From Opitutus sp. GAS368 (GTDB lineage: Bacteria; Verrucomicrobiota; Verrucomicrobiia; Opitutales; Opitutaceae): DNA of 64,000 nt. Position numbers and translations under genes: made by a program. A model generated the notes under the pieces. That model worked only from the letters and a program-made list of their open reading frames with translations, did no database searches and was not told the origin of the DNA. The DNA lies in assembly GCA_945861645.1 (NCBI GenBank), contig CAMAVZ010000004.1, positions 12,051 through 76,050 on the forward strand, in the 5' to 3' direction. This document shows, one piece after another, positions 61,287-64,000 of the stretch. How positions within the stretch are numbered: position 1 is the first letter of the stretch; every line of letters starts with the position of its first letter.

Positions 61287-61721
61287 CTAGCGCAGCACCA
61301 GATGATGCCGGTCGCCGGCCACAATCGACAACGTCAAGTGCCAGGCATGGGCTGGCAGCCAATCACCGGTTTTATCCGGCCATTCCACGGCCAAGCACCA
61401 GGGTGTCTGCAGAAATTCTTCGAGCAGGAGTTCATCCAGAGCAGATTTTTTTTCCAAACGGTAAGCGTCCAAATGCACCAGGGTGCACTCGCTGCCTTGA
61501 TAGATGGAATAAATCGCAAAAGTCGGGCTCGTCACATGTTCGCTCACGCCGAAGCCCTGCGCGAGGCCTTGCACGAAAGTTGTTTTGCCAACGCCCATCT
61601 CACCATGCAGCGCCAGCGTCGTGTCCGGCGGCAGCGCGGCCGCTAATTCGGCCGCGAGGGCTCGAGTTTGTTCCGCTGACTCGGTGGTGATACCAGCTTT
61701 AAGTTTTTGGAGTATGGTCAT
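61287..61721 (-). CDS. tsaE: t6A37 biosynthesis ATPase TsaE
   Basis: GEMGVGKTT, VTSPTF, HLDAYRL, VEW. Confidence 0.95.
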   Translation of the reverse strand: MTILQKLKAGITTESAEQTRALAAELAAALPPDTTLALHGEMGVGKTTFVQGLAQGFGVSEHVTSPTFAIYSIYQGSECTLVHLDAYRLEKKSALDELLLEEFLQTPWCLAVEWPDKTGDWLPAHAWHLTLSIVAGDRHHLVLR

Positions 61722-61736
61722 GGCGCGAGGGCTCGA

Positions 61737-62696
61737 TCAGCGCAGATGCTCATAGCCGCAATAATTTTCTAGCCGCAAGGCCTTGCGCGGGAATTCCGCG
61801 CAGCGTACAAAATCCCCTAGGAGCGATAATTTAGTTTGAGGGAAACGTTGCTGCCAAGCGCGGGCGAAAAGAGCGGCGTTGGCGCGGGCCCGCACCACGA
61901 TCAGCAACTCATAATCTTCGCCGTCACTGAGGGCGTGAAAGAGCGCGCTTTTTTTAGTGGTGCGCGCCCGCTGGCGTGCGGCGGCGCTGAGCGGAATGGC
62001 GGCCGCGCACAGGGCGGGGGTGAGCCCAACCGGCGTGAGTGCGTTGAGGTCTTGAGCAAGGCCGTCGCTAACATCCATCATGGCGCAAACCTCCGGTCGC
62101 TTCGCCAGCCAGGCCCCTTCGGCCAAACGGGGGGAGAAATTATAGTGCTGCCCGAGTAAGCTGCCGCCGAGTTTTCCCGTGACGTAAATGCGGTCGCCGC
62201 GCTGCGCGCCCACGCGGGTGACAACTCGCTGGCCGGTGGCCTCACCATGTAGCGTCAAAAATGCTCCAAAAAAACCAGCAGGGCCCTGCGTGATATCGCC
62301 GCCGACAATTTTTACCTGATATTTTAGTGCGCAGCTGGCGAGTCCGCGGTAAAAAGATTTTAGCCAAGCGCGGCTCGTTTCGGGGGCGAGAGCGAGCGAG
62401 ACCACGGCGGCGCTGGGCCGTCCGCCCATCGCGGCGATATCGCTGAGATTACGTTTGAGCAACTTAGCCCCGACAGCGCGGGGGGCGACGTGCTGATCGA
62501 AGTGTTGACCGTAGATGACGGGGTCGGTGGTGACGAGTTGATGGCGTCGTGTCGGGGGTAGCACCGCGCAATCATCGCCGATGCCAAAGGGGGCGGGCGG
62601 GGAAGCCGGGCCGAGCCACCGACGAATCTCTGTAATGAGGCGTCGCTCGCCGTAGGCGCTCACGGCTTGGCTGCGATCGGAGGTAAAAGGCGTCAT
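61737..62696 (-). CDS. thiL: Thiamine-monophosphate kinase
   Basis: GIGDDCA, NLSDIAAMGG, GGD, DVSDGL, GEDYELL. Confidence 0.95.
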   Translation of the reverse strand: MTPFTSDRSQAVSAYGERRLITEIRRWLGPASPPAPFGIGDDCAVLPPTRRHQLVTTDPVIYGQHFDQHVAPRAVGAKLLKRNLSDIAAMGGRPSAAVVSLALAPETSRAWLKSFYRGLASCALKYQVKIVGGDITQGPAGFFGAFLTLHGEATGQRVVTRVGAQRGDRIYVTGKLGGSLLGQHYNFSPRLAEGAWLAKRPEVCAMMDVSDGLAQDLNALTPVGLTPALCAAAIPLSAAARQRARTTKKSALFHALSDGEDYELLIVVRARANAALFARAWQQRFPQTKLSLLGDFVRCAEFPRKALRLENYCGYEHLR

Positions 62697-62698
62697 GA

Positions 62699-63556
62699 TT
62701 ACTGCGGCAAACCGGAGAGCACGATGAGGACGGTATTTAAGTTGAACAGCCCGTGAGCAATTATTGGAGCACGAATATCGCCAGTGGTTTCGTAAATCAG
62801 CGCAAGAATTATGCCCAGCAGCGCGAGGGGCAGGAAGCTGGCCCAGTTGGCGTGGACTGCCCCAAATAAGGCGCCACTTAAAATGAGAGCGGTGGTGCGA
62901 CCGAGATGCTGCCGGCAGAAGCGATAGAGTCCGGCCCGGAAAAGTAATTCTTCGTAGAGTGGGGCGAAGACGCAGGCGACAAGCAGCATTCCTGCGATCA
63001 CGTAGGGCGATTTAGTTTGGGCGAAAATAGCGATGAGATCCTGCGGAGCGGCGGGTAAACCCAAGGCTTCAATCAGTAAGGTCCAAAGCCAATTAGCGGC
63101 GACGATGAGTGGCAGGGCGGTTAATAATGCCGTGCTCGCGGTGAGGGTCAATTGGCTCCACGAAAGCGTGGGTGTCGGCGTTACCGGGGTCGGGGTGCTA
63201 GGGCTGGCCCACGTTGCCTGGATCCAGCGGAAGAGGCCCCAACCGAGCAGGCCGCCGCCGTCAAAACTGAAGCCGTTCACGCAAAGTTGCAGTCCTTCGC
63301 GGTCGACTGATTTTGCGATGATCGTTTTAAATATACCTTGCGCGGCCAGCTGACAAAACGCCCCCGTGCCCAGGATAAAAAAAATAAATAGGCCAAATTC
63401 TGCCAGGGTCAGGGGCCACGGGGGTAGGGTTTGGGGCCTGAGCCAGCGCGTGCGCTGGGCGGGCTGGGTTACGAGGCGTTGAAAAAAATAAAGACCGGCC
63501 AGCAGCAAGGATAGCTCGAAGAGCACTAAGATTTGCTGGAGGGGTTCGGTCGGCAT
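62699..63556 (-). CDS. CPBP (Abi/CAAX-II) intramembrane glutamic protease
   Basis: EELLFR, FGAVH, H..FN motifs, multiple TM segments. Confidence 0.9.
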   Translation of the reverse strand: MPTEPLQQILVLFELSLLLAGLYFFQRLVTQPAQRTRWLRPQTLPPWPLTLAEFGLFIFFILGTGAFCQLAAQGIFKTIIAKSVDREGLQLCVNGFSFDGGGLLGWGLFRWIQATWASPSTPTPVTPTPTLSWSQLTLTASTALLTALPLIVAANWLWTLLIEALGLPAAPQDLIAIFAQTKSPYVIAGMLLVACVFAPLYEELLFRAGLYRFCRQHLGRTTALILSGALFGAVHANWASFLPLALLGIILALIYETTGDIRAPIIAHGLFNLNTVLIVLSGLPQ

Positions 63557-63686
63557 GGCGTGGCTTTATCTTTGGCGGTCTCGCAGCAAAAAACCAATCA
63601 GAAACACCCGATGACCAGCCGCCCGCTCACGCGATGGCGACTCGCCTTTATTCTCAGCCAATGAAAGTAGCGCTAGCCCCGCGCGC

Positions 63687-64000
63687 TTAAACCATCTTGC
63701 CGTTAGCGTAGACGATCTTGCCGGACACGATGGTGGTCTTCACGCAACCGGTCAGTGATTGCTGGTTCCAAGGCGAATTGATCGATTTGCTAAAAGCGCC
63801 GTAGGTATTGTAGAGCCACGTCTCATTGGGATCGAAGATACAAACATCCGCGACTGCGCCAGCCGCGAGCGTGCCCGCCGGGAGTTTTAGGATATTCGCG
63901 GCCTTGCGCGTCATGAGGTCGATGACTTGAGTCAGCTTAAATTTACTTTTCCGCACGAGGACATCGAGGCAGATGGGCAAAGCCGTCTCGAGCCCGATAA
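63687..64000 (-). CDS. pyrC: Dihydroorotase, C-terminal part (truncated by the window end)
   Basis: IGLETALP, GTL..G..AD..IFDP, SKS.NSP, TIV.G. Confidence 0.85.
   Translation of the reverse strand, partial: IGLETALPICLDVLVRKSKFKLTQVIDLMTRKAANILKLPAGTLAAGAVADVCIFDPNETWLYNTYGAFSKSINSPWNQQSLTGCVKTTIVSGKIVYANGKMV

Overview
A gene-dense, GC-rich bacterial core-genome segment. The lineage is most likely Verrucomicrobiota/Opitutaceae, inferred from protein style, gene order and lack of Shine-Dalgarno sites, not from a database search. It holds about 47 CDS and two tRNAs, Gly(CCC) and Leu(GAG). Functional groups: DNA repair and replication restart (recR, priA, mutL, recF, ruvC, xseB); translation (aspS, thrS, cysS, tsaE); haem, cofactor and nucleotide synthesis (hemW, hemH, hemB, dxs, folA, thiL, pyrD, pyrC); nitrogen (two P-II genes flanking a sigma54-driven amtB, ald, argH, a four-gene 4-hydroxyproline catabolic cluster, two tandem APC permeases); carbon (glgP, gpmI). 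I see no mobile element, prophage, CRISPR array or defence island. The strongest non-obvious signal is a hairpin in the thrS 5' leader with a Thr-anticodon-like loop (AUUCGUAA) at -34..-32, essentially where the E. coli thrS autoregulatory operator sits. It stands out because many neighbouring genes look leaderless. The ThrRS itself lacks the TGS domain and has an insert of about 50 aa containing CxC. Other leads: a ~146-nt self-pairing element before priA, a 37-bp near-perfect palindrome, a tRNA-Gly with an A73 discriminator next to a small secreted Cys-rich protein, a Fur paralogue lacking the usual His motif, and two unassigned proteins.
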